Positions 25,318 through 38,170 of a DNA stretch of 64,000 bases are shown here, piece after piece. Origin of the DNA: Mobula hypostoma (Eukaryota); the NCBI RefSeq assembly GCF_963921235.1, contig NC_086097.1:39062001-39126000 (forward strand), written 5' to 3'. Under the pieces are notes generated by a model. It saw only the letters and a program-made list of their open reading frames with translations. It had not been told where the DNA came from and searched no databases. A program made the translations under genes and the position numbers. Position 1 is the stretch's first letter; each line of letters starts with the position of its first letter.

Positions 25318-28300
25318 AACTGAAGGAAGAGTTAGTAAGAGATTTGAAAGTGGGAGGGGGAGGGGGAGATCCAAAATGATAGGAGAAGACAGGAGGGGGA
25401 GGGATGGAGCCAAGAGCTGGACAGGTGATTGGCAAAGGGGATATGAGAGGATCATGGGACAGGAGGTCCGGGGAGAAAGACAAGGGGGAGGGGGGAACCC
25501 AGAGGATGGGCAAGGGGTATAGTCAGAGGGACAGAGGGAGAAAAAGGAGAGAGAGAGAAAGAATGTGTGTATAAAAATAAATAACGGATGGGGTACGAGG
25601 GGGAGGTGGGGCAATTGCGGAAGTTAGAGAAGTCGATGTTCATGCCATCAGGTTGGAGGCTACCCAGACGGAACATAAGGTGTTGTTCCTCCAACCTGAG
25701 TGTGGCTTCATCTTTACAGTAGAGGAGGCCGTGGATAGACATGTCAAAATGGGAATGGGATGTGGAATTAAAATGTGTGGCCACTGGGAGATCCTGCTTT
25801 CTCTGGTGGACAGAGCGTAGGTGTTCAGCAAAGCGGTCTCTCAGTCTGCGTCAGGTCTCGCCAATATATAGAAGGCCACATCGGGAGCACCGGATGCAGT
25901 ATATCACCCCAGCCGACTCATAGGTGAAGTGTCGCCTCACCTGGAAGGACTGTCTGGGGCCCTGAATGGTGATAAGGGAGGAAGTGTAAGGGTATGTGTA
26001 GCACTTGTTCTGCTTACAAGTGCCAGGAGGGAGATCAGTGGGGAGTGATGGGGGGGGGGAACGAATGGACAAGGGAGTCGCGTAGGGAGCGATCCCTGCG
26101 GAAAGCAGAGAGAGCGGGGGAGGAAAAGATGTGCTTAGTGGTGGGATCCCATTGTAGGTGGCAGAAGTTACGGAGAATAATATGTTGGACCCGGAGGCTG
26201 GTGGGGTGGTAGGTGAGGACCAGGGGAACCCTATTCCTAGTGGGGTGGCAGGAGGATGGAGTGAGAGCAGATGTGCGTGAAATGGGGGAGATGCGTTTGA
26301 GAGCAGAGTTGATAGTGGAGGACAAAAGGAGGACATCTCCCTCGTCTTGGAATGAAAAGCCTCATCCTGAGAGCAGATGTGGCAGAGATGGAGGAATTGC
26401 GAGAAGGGGATGGCATTTTTGCAAGCAACAGGGTGAGAAGAGGAATAGTCCAGATAGCTGTGAGAGTCAGTAGGCTTATAGTAGACATCAGTGGATAAGC
26501 TGTCTCCAGAGACAGAGACAGAAAGATCTGGAAAGGGGAGGGAGGTGTCAGAAATGGACCAGGTAAACTTGAGGGCAGGGTGAAAGTTGGAGGCAAAATT
26601 AATAAAGTCAACGAGCTCAGCATGCGTGCAGGAAGCAGCGCCAATGCAGTCGTCGATGTAGCGGAGGAAAAGTGGGGGACAGATACCAGAATAGGCACGG
26701 AACATAGATTGTTTCACAAAGCCAACAAAAAGGCAGGCATAGCTAGGACCCATACGGGTGCCCATAGCTACACCTTTAGTTTGGAGGAAGTGGGAGGACC
26801 CAAAGGAGAAATTATTAAGAGTAAGGACTAATTCCGCTAGATGGAGCAGAGTGATGGTAGAGGGGAACTGATTAGGTCTGGAATCCAAAAAGTGGAGAGC
26901 TTTGAGACCTTCCTGATGGGGGATGGAAGTATATAGGGACTGGACATCCATGGTGAAAATAAAGTGGTGGGGGCCAGGGAATTTAAAATCATCGAAAAGT
27001 TTAAGAGCGTGAGAAGTGTCACGAACATAGGTAGGAAGGGATTGAACAAGGGAGGATAAAACCGTGTCGAGGTATGCAGAAACGAGTTCGGTGGGGCAGG
27101 AGCAAGCTGAGACAATAGGTCTGCGAGAACAGGCAGGTTTGTGGATCTTGGGTAGGAGGTCGAAACGGGAAGTGCGAGGTGTGGGAACTATAAGGTTGGT
27201 AGCAGTGGATGGGAGATCCCCTGAGCGGATAAAGTCGGTGATGGTGTGGGAGACAATGGCCTGGTGCTCCTTAGTGGGGTCACGATCGAGGGGTAAATAA
27301 GAGGAGGTATCCGCGAGTTGTCGCTGTGCCTCAGCAAGGTAGAGGTCAGTACGCCAGACTACAACAGCACCCCCCTTATCGGCGGGTTTAATAATAAGGT
27401 TAGGATTAGTGCGGAGGGAGTGGAGAGCAGAGTGTTCTGAAGGAGTGAGGTTGGAATGGGAAGAAGGTGTGGTGAAGTCGAGACGGTTGATGTCCCGTCG
27501 GTAGTTAGCGATAAAGAGATCCAGAGCAGGCAGAAGACCAGAGCGGGATGTCCAAGAAGAAGAGGAGGGTTGAAGACGGGAGAAGGGGTCATCGGTGGGG
27601 GTGGAAGAGTCCTTGCCAAAGAAGTAGGCTCAGAGACGGCGGAAGAAGATTTCCGCATCATGGCGAACACGGAACTCACTGAGATGTGGGCGAGGGAAGA
27701 CAAAGGTGAGGCCCTTACTGAGGACAGTTGAAGGTCGGAGGGGATGGTAAAGACCTGGCATGGTTGAGAGCTGGGATCGGGGGGAGGGGGGAGGCTAGGG
27801 GTGTCAATGGGGTGAGAGGAAGATGGAGCCACTGAGCCACTGAGGACCCAGGAGCTGACGATGGGATCTGAAGGAGACAGGATTGCAGAGTATTGGTGGG
27901 GGAAGGGGAGACGGGAGTCACAATAGCAGCACATAAAGACCCGGCCTGGAGTTCAAGGCTGGAGTCGTAATTGGTGGTTGCGCAATCGCTTTGAAGGTGT
28001 CCATGGTCATTGCTGGAGTCCGGGTTTTGAATATGCCCTGAGGTGCTGGAGATAGCAAGATCAATGGCAGAAACAATCTGAAGTTCATGCCTGCTAGTTT
28101 CAGGGCCAGCAGGCTCTGGAGTCCGTAGATGTAGGATCTTGCGATCTTTGCCTAACATGACAAAGTCAAATAAACGGCGATTGCAGGCGTGAATCCGACG
28201 GAGGATGAAATAACGGGTAGGACCATTACAGACGGCGAAGAAAGTGTCCCGAAGGTGTGGAAGGGTCTGGGATAGGGACACCAAATACCTCCTCATGGCG

Positions 28301-28738
28301 GAGAGAGTCGCCTTCAGAGCTTGATGGGAGAAGCGACGAGAGGCAGAGTCAATAAAATGTGAGTACCTGGGATCCTCAGAAGGTCAAAATTGAGAGGCTC
28401 GGAAACGAATCCTAAAGCCAACTGGAGTAAGTTGGCGACGGAGGCACGTTCCAAGAAAGGATATATGGCTGTGATAGCGAGTCTGAGTCAAAGTGTGGTC
28501 GAAAAGTTGAAGAGCCGAAGAAATTACAGATGGGGAGCAGTGAGAGATGGTTTCACTGAACTCCCGTCGAAGAGAGGATCTAAACTTCTTCGGTGTAGGC
28601 ATCACCGGAAGAGGCTTCACAATAGTGAATTTTAAAAACGCAAACAACAGGAATTCTGCAGATGCTGGAAATTCAAGCAATGCACATCAAAGTTGCTGGT
28701 GAACGCAGCAGGCCAGGCAGCATCTCTAGGAAGAGGTA

Positions 28739-28776
28739 CAGTCGACGTTTCAGGCCGAGACCCTTCGTCAGGACTG
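28739..28776 (-). ncRNA. Minimal type I hammerhead ribozyme motif (5' pLTR)
   Basis: CAGUC-CUGACGA-A-GGGUCUCGGCCU-GAAAC-GUC-GACUG. Confidence 0.78.
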
Positions 28777-30539
28777 ACTGAAGGAAGAGTTCGTAAGAGG
28801 TTTGAAAGTGGAAGGGGGAGGGGGATCCAAAATGATAGAAGACAGGAGGGGGAGGGATGGAGCCAAGAGCTGGACAGGTGATTGGCAAAGGGGATATGAG
28901 AGGATCATGGGACAGGAGGTCCGGGGAGAAAGACGAGGTGGGGGGGACCCAGAGGATGGGCAAGGGGTATAGTCAGAGGGACAGAGGGAGAAAAAGGAGA
29001 GTGTGAGAAAGAATGTGTGTATAAAAACAAATAACGGATGGGGTACGAGGGGGAGGTGGGGCATTAGCGGAAGTTAGTGAATATGGTTGTCTTAACTCTG
29101 TTATTAAATGCATAGTGTTGTTTGGACCATGTGATCAATAGCACAAATGCTAGGTCTTTGGTAGAGCTATCCAATATTTCCGCTCCCCTATTTTGTCCTG
29201 TAGCTCCACATTCTATTATTCTTGTATTGCATCAGATTCAATTAGCAAACACCATAAATCTGGAATGCAAATTTCCTCTTCCTTCCCCTTCCTGCTTTTC
29301 TCCTTTCCCATTCCCTATTCTGGCTCCTTTCTTACCCCTTCTCTTCACGTTCCCCTAGTACCTCTTTTTTTCCTCTCTTGCTTCACTTTCCTCTCCTTCC
29401 AGATTCCTTCTTCAGCCCTTTTTCCAACTACTTCCATTTTTTTCACTTCAGTCGCACTCCCCTTCCTACCTACCTTCCCCATCACCTGACCACCTATCAC
29501 CTTCCAGCTTGTACTCCTTCCCCTCCCCCTAATTTCTTATTCTGGCCTCTTCCTCTTTCCTTAAAAGTCCTGATGAAAGGGTCCTCGTCCGAAGCCTCAG
29601 CTCTTTACTCCTCTCCATAGTTTGACCTGCTGAGTTCTTTCAGCATTTGGTTTGTGCTACTATGGATTTCCAGCATCTGCAGAATATCTTGTGTTTATGA
29701 TTATCCTGTGAAAATTATTCTTTTAGTTGCTAATTGTCTGGCAGTTACCAACAATTTCTGCATTATTACTTAATTTTTGAAAGCAGCTTGTACATCTTTA
29801 TTGTGATTATCATTTTAAACAGTGAAATGTTCACACAAGCATCCCCAGGTTGGCATTTGGGCTTGTCTTCCACGAATGTTCATGGTAAAGGCTCCTATGC
29901 ATTGTTGAAATAAATCTCTTGCTTTGTATTATAGTAATATCTGCTTCCTCTCAATTCCCTCAAGAACAATCCACATGCAAGCATTCAATTAATTTATTTT
30001 GCTAGAAATTTATCCACTTCAAATGTCTTTTTATTGTGCTGTTTGACCATGTAGAGTATTTCCAGCATTTTCTGTTTTTAGATGTGCAGAACCTACATAA
30101 TTTTGCTTTAAGATGTCTTTAGATTTTTTTTGCAATTTATTTTTCTTTAGGTATTTAAAAGTATTTAAATTTTCCTGGATTTATTATCTATCCTATTGTA
30201 AAATAAAATCATTTTAAACTTTTCTACTGTTGATTTCCCTTTGATTTAATCCATTCTTCATTTCCTTTCCCAATGAGCATCCTCAAATAAACTCAATGCC
30301 CTCTTCACATTGCTATCATCAGGGAGGAGGTACACACTCAACCTTTCAGGAAAAGCTTCTTCTCTGCCATCATATTTCTGAACAGACATTGAATGCATGA
30401 ACACTACCTCACTACTTTATCTACTTCTTTTTCTCTTTTGCAGTAATTTAATTTATATATATTTATATACACACACAAACTCTCTCTCTCTTTAATTTAC
30501 AGTTTTTATGTATTGCAATGTTCTGCTGTCTCACCTCTG

Positions 30540-31370
30540 CATCAGATGGTCATGGCTAGGTATAAAGGAAATGAATTTCCCTGGATACTTGTACTTGTCC
30601 ATTCTAACATTTCTGGTAGAAACAAAAATTTGGGGAAATGCACCTCATTCTAAACAATCTAGCCTTGACTATACCTCCTCCCAGCCTGTCTTCTGGGGGG
30701 AAAGATTCCCTTTTCTCAGTTCCTTTATTGCTACTGCATCTGTTTCCTACATGAACATTTCCTTTCCAGTACATCAGAGATGTCAATGTCCTTCAAATCC
30801 TCTTGTCCTTACCTATCATCCAACACATTCTCCACAACTTATGTTAATTTCAGTGGGTCAGTGGGGCATTGCTACCAAATACATCTTTAACTCTTTCTCT
30901 CTCTCCCCCCCCCCCCATTCTCCACTTTCCACATGGATCATTCTGCCTGAGAATTGTTCATCCATTTGTCCCTTCCCACTAATTTTACAGGCACTTAGAC
31001 CTGCAAGTGCAAAAAGTGCTAAACTTAATCATTCATCTCCTCCCTCAATTCCATTCAGGGTCCTGAACAGTCCTTCCAGGTAAGTGATCTACTATATCTA
31101 TTGCTCCCAATGCGGCCTCCATTGGTGAGACACGATGTAGACTGGGGATTGCTCTATCCACAAAAAACAGGATTTCCCGGTGGCCAACCATTTTAATTCT
31201 AAACTTTATTTCCATTCTGATATGTCAGTCCGTGGCCACCTCTACTGCCACAATGAGGCCACTCTCAGTTTGGAGGAGCAACACCTCAAATTCCATCTGG
31301 GTATCCTCCAGCCTGATGGCATGAGCATCAATTTCTTCAAATTTCAGTAATTCCCCCCCCCCCTCAGTTC
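30540..31370 (+). mobile_element. Older Penelope-like fragment (RT thumb/GIY-YIG region)
   Basis: PLVLTYHPT and DNA similar to the LEEQHL...LQPDGM end of the 25-29 kb element. Confidence 0.7.
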
Positions 31371-32030
31371 TCCACCTTCACAAATTCCCACAAACCCCAA
31401 TGGCGTGATTTCAGTCTCTGATCCTGATGTGAGAGAATCATTCAGAAGTGTGCACCCATGGAAAGCATCTGGTACTCAACTGGCTAGAGTGTCTACTGAT
31501 ATCTTTAACCTCTCATTTTGATAGTCTGAGGTACCCACCTGCATCAAGCAGGCTTCAATTATACCAGTGCCCAAGAAGAATGTGGCAACCTGCCCCAGTG
31601 ACCATTGTCCAGTGGTACTAACAGCATATACACAATTATGAAGTGCTTTGAGTGGTTGGTGATGGGAGATATCAACTCCTTCCTGAGCAGCAACTTGGAT
31701 CCACTACAATTGGTCTACCATCACAGCAGGTCAACAGAAGATGCCATTTCATTGGTTCCTCACTCGACTCTGGAACATCTGGACAGTGAAGATGCACACT
31801 CTCATTTCCCCAAAACTAATCAATAAGCCTCAAGACATTGGCCTCAATACCTCCTTGTGCAACTGGATCCTCAATTTCCTAGTTGCAGACCCCAGTCAGT
31901 TCAGATTGGCAACAACGTTTCCTCCACAATTACCCATCGGCACTGGTTCACCACAAGGCTTTGTGCTTAGCTCCCTGCTCTACTCGTTTTGTACTTACGA
32001 CTGTGAGGGTAAGCACAGCTCCAGTGTCAT

Positions 32031-34291
32031 TTCCCCAAACCCTTGAGTCAAACCATAGCTTACAAAACATAAAAACAAACATGGCAGAAATAAATATCAA
32101 TATAATAACCAAGTGTGTCTATTAGACCTCTAATAACAGAAAAGATTACAATTCAGATTACAATACAACCACTACATTCACCACTACCCACCCCCAAGGA
32201 AACCTAAATAATTGCCCCGTTTTTGTGTATAGATGTCGTAGCAACTTGTGGGAGTTGCTGTGTAGAACCAAAAGTTGTACGTAGTAAATGACGCAGTTGA
32301 AGATATCTCCAAAAGTAAGACCTAGAAATACACTGTTGGGTTAATTGACTAAAAGATTTTAAACTATCACCATTATAAAGGTCTCCCAATTTAATTATGC
32401 CTTTCCCTTGCCATTCCCTCCAGAAGAAAGGGGATTTATCAATACACAACTTTGGATTCATCCAGATACTCGAGGCTTCATTCAAGTATGGATTAAATTT
32501 AAATAATATGGCTATTTCATTCCAGAACAAATTGATTTGTGATATAATTGGGTGAGACCTTGCCTCAGGAGGTAACTTGATAGACAAACATTGTAATGGA
32601 GTGATGGGAGGAAGAGCAGAACACTCAATATGATACCAAGGGGGCGCTCTCTCCGGAGGGAGAGACCACTGTGCTAAATGTTTAAGAGTAAAGGCATAGT
32701 AATAGTATATTAACTTTGGCAAACCTAAGCCCCCCCCCTTTCAACTGGCAATTGTAATTTGTTAAAGTTTAAACATGGACATTTAACATTCCAAATAAAG
32801 GCCTTAGCTATTTTATCAAATTACTTAAAATATGTTATTGGGATTTGAACTGGTAACAATTGGAACAGATAATTAATCTTTGGAATGCTATTCATCTTCA
32901 AGGCATTCACTTTTCTCGACGTTGACAAATACAATGATGACCATCTGTCTACATCACATGAAATTCTCTGCAATAATGGATCAAAATTTACCTTTACTGA
33001 ATCCTTCAGTTGAGGGGGAAAATTAATACCTAAATATCGTATACCCTTCCTTGGCCGGTGAAATTGGCCTGGGTAAAAAACAGATGCAGGGCAATATGCA
33101 GTCAACGGTAGTGCTTCTGATTTTGTCCAATTAACCTTGAGAATCTAGAGTAAGACTTTATAACATTAAACAGACATGGCACTGACCGACTAGGGTCCGA
33201 CACAAATAATAAAATACCATCCGCATAAAGCATCAGTTTATGAACCTGACCTCCCACAGATATCCCTATAAAGTTCTCATTCTCTCTGATAGCTGCTGCC
33301 AGGGGCTCCAAAACTAAACAGAACAACATTAGGGAAAGTGGGGAACCCTGTCGGGTACACCTTCTGAGAGAGACGTAAGGTGAAATGTAACCACTAGTTT
33401 GAACTGCTGCTTCAGGGTTATTATATAACAGTCTAATCCATCTTAAAAAGATGGGTCCAAATTGAAAAAAATTGAAGAATCTTAAACAAATAGCCCCATT
33501 CCACCTGATCAAAAGCTTTTTCAGCATCGAGTGAGATAGCTGCTATAGGTAACACTCATGAAAGTTGCTGGTGAACACAGCAGGCCAGGCAGCATCTATA
33601 GGAAGAGGTACAGTGGACATTTCGGGCCGAGACCCTTCGTCAGGACTAACTGAAAGAAGAGATAGTAGGAGATTTGAGAGGGGGAGATCTGAAATGTTAG
33701 GGGAAGACAGGAGGGGGAGAGATTGTAGCTGCTATAGGTGACTGATTATCGGCCACCGCCCACATAATATTCACAAGGCGCCTGATGTTATCAGATGAGC
33801 TACGGCCCCTGATAAATCCCACCTGGTCACTATGTATCAACCATGTTATTACTGTATCTAAACGACTTGCAAGGATCTTCGATAAAATTTTCACATCTAT
33901 TGGGATTAGGGAGATTGGTCTATAATTCTTACATTCACGCAGGTCTTTACCTTCTTTCAGAATCAATGTAATTAACGCCTGTGATAAAGTAGGGGGTAAG
34001 TTACCCCGCTCTATAGACTCATTGTACACATTCAGCAGTAGCGGAGCTAGCTCCTCCGCATAGCATTTTAAAAATTCCGCCGTAAATCTATTTGGGCCAG
34101 GAACTTTCCCAGTAGGTAAGGTCTTAATCACTGATATAATTTCTTCGAATGTTATAACGGAGTCAAAGTATTGCTGTTGTTCTTTCGTCAACTTAGGTAA
34201 CCCTAATGGCCTCAGAAAGCTATCAATTTCTTCCTCACTAGAGTTAGAGGTTGAAGTATATAGGTCCTTCTAAAACTCTTGAAATGCATCA
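32031..34291 (-). mobile_element. L1-clade LINE ORF2 fragment
   Basis: GKVPGPN, NYRPISL, DQVGFIRGR, RQGSPLS, LYADG, IRYLGI, YLQLRH; imperfect TSD CAGTGTCAT/CAATGTCAT. Confidence 0.85.
33551..33725 (-). mobile_element. Solo Penelope pLTR fragment with mutated hammerhead motif
   Basis: Similar to 25223-25400; 14-bp TSD TAGCTGCTATAGGT at 33537-33550 and 33726-33739. Confidence 0.88.
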
Positions 34292-35069
34292 CAATGTCAT
34301 AATTAAGTTTGTTGATGAAACCACTGATGTTGGCTGATTCAAAGGTGGTGATGAATCAGCATATAAGGGGGAAACAAATCCAGCAGGTGCTACAACAGCC
34401 TCTCACTCAAGGTCAGCAAAACCAAAAAGCTGATGATTAACTACAGGGGGAAACCGGGGGTGCATGCACCAGTTCTCAACAGGGGATCAGAGGGGGAGAA
34501 AATCAGTAGCTTTGCAATCCTCAGCATTACCTTGGGTCCAGCACATAAGTGCCATTAGAGAGACGTCATAGCAGTACCTTTAGTTTCTTAGAAGTTTGTG
34601 AAGATTTCGCGTATCATCTAAAGCTTCGATAAACTGCTATAGTGGAATGTATACTGACGGGATGCATTGGGGCCTGGTATAGAACTCCTAATGCCCTCGA
34701 ATAGAAGACCGTACAAAAAGTAATGGATACAGCTCAGTCCTCCCCGCCACTGAACACATCTACAATGCACAGTGTCACAGGAGAGCAGCATCCATCATCA
34801 AGGACCTCCATCATCCAAGCCATGCTCTCTTCTCACTGCTGCCATCAGCAAAGAGATATGAGCCTTAGGTCCCACACAGCAAGGGTGAGGAACAGTTATT
34901 ACCCTGCAACCATCAGGCTCCTGAACCTGAGTCCAAAACTTATTCAACCCATCACTGAACTGATTCCACAACCTATGGACTCACTTTCAAGGACTCTACC
35001 ACTCATGTTCCCAATATTTATTACATTATTATTATTTTCATCATCTTGGGCTTTCTTGTATTTGCACAA

Positions 35070-36040
35070 TTTCAAAGTTCAAAGTAAAATTTATTATCAG
35101 AATACATACATGTCACCATATACAACCCTGAAATTCTTTTTCTCTGGGCATACTGTACTTAGCATGGCTATAGAGCATAACTGTGAACTGTAAACAAATT
35201 GTGCAAATACAGATAAATAAATAGCAATAAATAATGAGCATGAATTAATATGAGTCCTTAAATGAGTGTAGTTGTCCCCTTTTGTTCAAGAACCTGACGG
35301 TTGAGGGGGAGTAACTGTTCTTAAACCTGGTGGTTCGAGTCCTGAAGCTCTTGTACCTTCTACCTGATGGCAGCTGTGAGAAAACAGCCTGGCCTGGGTG
35401 GTGAGGATCTTTGATGATGGATGCTGCTTTTCTATGGCAATGTTTCACGTAGATGTGCTCAATGGTTGGGAGGGTTTTACCCGTGATGTACTGGGCCAAA
35501 TCCAGTACCTTTTGTAGGATTTTCCCCTCAAAGGCATTGAATTGGCATTCCCATACCAGGCCGTAAGCAACCAGTCAATACACTTTCCACCACACATCTA
35601 TAGATGCTTGCCAAGTTTTTGATGACATGCCAAATCTCTGCAGACTCCTAAGGAAGTCGAGGCACTGCTGTGCTTTCTTCGCAATAATATTTATATGATG
35701 AGTCTAGGACAGATCCTCTGAGACAGTGACACCCCGAAAATTTAAAGTTACTGACCACCTCTGATCCTCTGATGATTACTGGCTCATGGGCCACTGGTTT
35801 CTCTCTCCTGAAGTCTACAATCAGTTCCTTGGTCTTGTTGACATTGAGTGAGAGGTGGTTGTCATTAGACCACCCAGTCAAGTTTTCGATCTCCCTCCTG
35901 AATGCTGATTCATCACCCCCCTTTGATGCAGCCCACAACAGTGGTGTCGTCAGCAAACTTGTACATGGTGTTGGAGCTGTGCTTAGCCACACAGTGAAAA
36001 GGGTGTAGAGCAGGGGGCTAAGTACACATTCCTGCATATT
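35070..36040 (-). mobile_element. Rex1/Babar-like LINE 3' part
   Basis: ECVLSPLLYTL, LNVNKTKELIVDFRR, IIKDPHHPG, RTRTTRFKNS. Confidence 0.8.
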
Positions 36041-37319
36041 TTTCACGTTGGGTGTGTGTCCATCTGTGTACAGTTTTTCAGTCTAGTTCAAGTTTAGTTG
36101 TCATTTAACCACCCACATGAATACAGCCACTGAGTAGGAGATACAGAAGCCATCGGTCTCACACCACTCCGTTCAGGAACAGGTATTACCCTACAACCAT
36201 CAGGCTCCTGAACTGGCGTGAATAATTTCATTCACCACCACTCTGAACTGATTCTACGATCTAAAACCCACCTTCAAGGAATCTTTTTAACTTATGCTTT
36301 CAGTATTATTTTTATTTACAGAGATTGCATTTGCACATTATTGTTTGTCAGTCTTTGTTTATGTAGATTTTTATACAACAGAATTCTCTGTAAATGCCTA
36401 CAAAATGAATCTCAAGGTAGTATATGGTAATATATACATACTTTGATAATAAATTTACTGTGACCTTTGAATCAATCAAGCAACTATACTGAGTTTCTGC
36501 TAAACTGACTCGTGATTTCAGCCTGAGTGGAGTTCCACTCTCTCTCTTCGTATCTGTGCATACGGTTATGTAACTCTCCTCACTCAGGTCTACACACGTT
36601 TCTGCTCTCGAGCACTATGTTCAAACCGTAGGGCAGAATCCATGCTTCCTATTGCCTACCACATTTATGCATCCTACTGACCGCATTGTTCTAACGAGGT
36701 TAACATGTCCTTGTAGGGGTAGATTGTGATCACCTACTTTCAAAATGTAATTCAGTAACTTGCTTTCTGTGTCTCAGAAGCATGAATTTATGCTTTTAGT
36801 CGGTTTATCTGCGGTACTGGCTGAATGGTTCTCTCTGTTAACATTCCTATTCGTCTTCTCCCTCTCAATCTGTCCCGATTATACCGACCAGAAAGTTTCC
36901 CAGCACCCCCCCCCACACACATCTCCATTTGTTCCACGTATTCAAAGTTCAAAAGTTTAAAGTAGATTTATTATCAAAGTACACATATGTCAGTATATAC
37001 TACACTGAGATTCATTTTCTTGTGGGTATTCAAAATTGAATACAAAGAAACACAATAGAATCAATTAAAAAACCGCACTCCCCAACCGTATATTCCTCCT
37101 CAACCCATTCTGCTATTCAAAACTAACTTTCTCTATTTCCCACTCCACTGTAAAAAATCTTTGACCAAAAGTGTTAACTCTTTTTCTCAACGATGCTGCC
37201 TGATAAATGTTCCCCTGCTTTCAAATCTGATGTGTGTTGCTTGAATTTCCAGCATCTGCAGAATTCCTCGTGTTTACCCCTTCTTTCTGTATTCACTGCT
37301 CTGATAGACTTTCGCAATC

Positions 37320-37520
37320 CCCGGTGCACATGCGCATTGCGATTCCGTCGGGTGCGATCGCGCACATGCGCATTTCGATTCTGTCGGTTTTCTATTGCGG
37401 ACATGCGCATTGAAATTCTGCCGGTTGTGGACATGCGCATTGCGGTCCCGTCCCCCCCCGCGGTTGTGCACATGCCGAGCTGGTGCTGTTAAATTGCGCG
37501 TGCGCGGTCGGTCTTTCTCT
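37320..37520 (+). promoter_or_regulatory. FAU: FAU CpG-island promoter with repeated ACATGCGCAT (NRF1-like) motifs and a TCT/TOP initiator
   Basis: ACATGCGCAT at 37328, 37364, 37401 and 37431; CTTTCTCTCTC at 37513; YY1-like AAATGGCG at ~37679 in intron 1. Confidence 0.75.
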
Positions 37521-37568
37521 CTCGGTCGAGGTGACGAGTGGCTGTGGTGGAGCTGCCCCGAGGTTCCG
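37513..37568 (+). other. FAU: FAU non-coding exon 1 (5'TOP leader)
   Basis: Oligopyrimidine start typical of ribosomal protein genes; CCG|GTGAGT donor at 37569. Confidence 0.75.
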
Positions 37569-37994
37569 GTGAGTTTTACAGACGACGCCGAGCTACTCTT
37601 GGGCTCGAAGCGACTTCTTACCAGTTGAGCTATCTTCCCCTTGCCCGTTGTGTTCTGCTTGTACGAGTGCAAGGAGGCAAATGGCGCCGAGTCCGATGCG
37701 CTACTCTGGCGCGGTATGAAGGCCCGCCCCGGGCCACCGTCCTAGGCCTCTAACGTAATGGGTACACCCGACCGACTGCGGCCGAGAGGCCACGGTCTGG
37801 GACAACGAGAAATCGAGAGGTTCTGGGCCAGAGACCCCGGCCGCGGCTGGCTGGTCTCGGGCTATCATCACCAGGCCGATTGTGCAGGATGGCGAGGCCA
37901 CTGAGGTCTTTCGCTGGGGGTGGGGTGGTGGTGATAGTCGTCCCGAAGCGGCAATTCCTGACGCGGCCGCGGCGCCTCATACCGAGGCAAAAGG

Positions 37995-38170
37995 AAGGCT
38001 GGAAATCTGGAGTAACGCACAAAGCTGGCGGAACTCTGTCGAGGGAAATGAACGGGCGACGTTTCGGGTCGAGACCCTTCCTCACCTAGTCCAGTCCTGA
38101 TGGGGTTTCGACTGTTTATTTCCCACCGGCTGACCTGTTGAGTTCCTTCTGCATTTGGTGTGCGTTGATC
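37995..38170. mobile_element. Short palindromic Penelope-derived element in FAU intron 1
   Basis: Inverted arms AACGCACAAAGCTGGCGGAACTC / GAGTTCCTTCTGCATTTGGTGTGCGTT enclose hammerhead remnants in both orientations. Confidence 0.65.

Larger units (their letters stand above)
25184..29079 (-). mobile_element. Penelope-like retroelement (probably Neptune-type), near full length, with direct pseudo-LTRs
   Basis: RT motifs MDVQSLYTSIP, GVAMGT, RYIDD; GIY-YIG motif GVIYCIRCSRCGLLYIGET; ~430-bp direct repeats at ~25186-25630 and ~28644-29078; 11-bp TSD AATATGGTTGT at 25173-25183 and 29080-29090; ORF frameshifted. Confidence 0.93.
31400..35070 (+). mobile_element. Decayed Rex1/Babar-like LINE split by an L1-like insertion
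   Basis: MKCFEWLV, LDPLQL, GSPQGFVLSSLL before 32030; KFVDETT-like sequence resumes at ~34300. Confidence 0.75.

Noticed and set aside
37320..37480. CRISPR-like repeat/spacer look
   Set aside because: Repeat core is only ~11 bp, spacers resemble each other, context is a vertebrate promoter with no cas genes
37174..38100. Cluster of Arg/Ala-rich ORFs with RNAHV repeats
   Set aside because: Chance frames in a GC-rich promoter island and motif array
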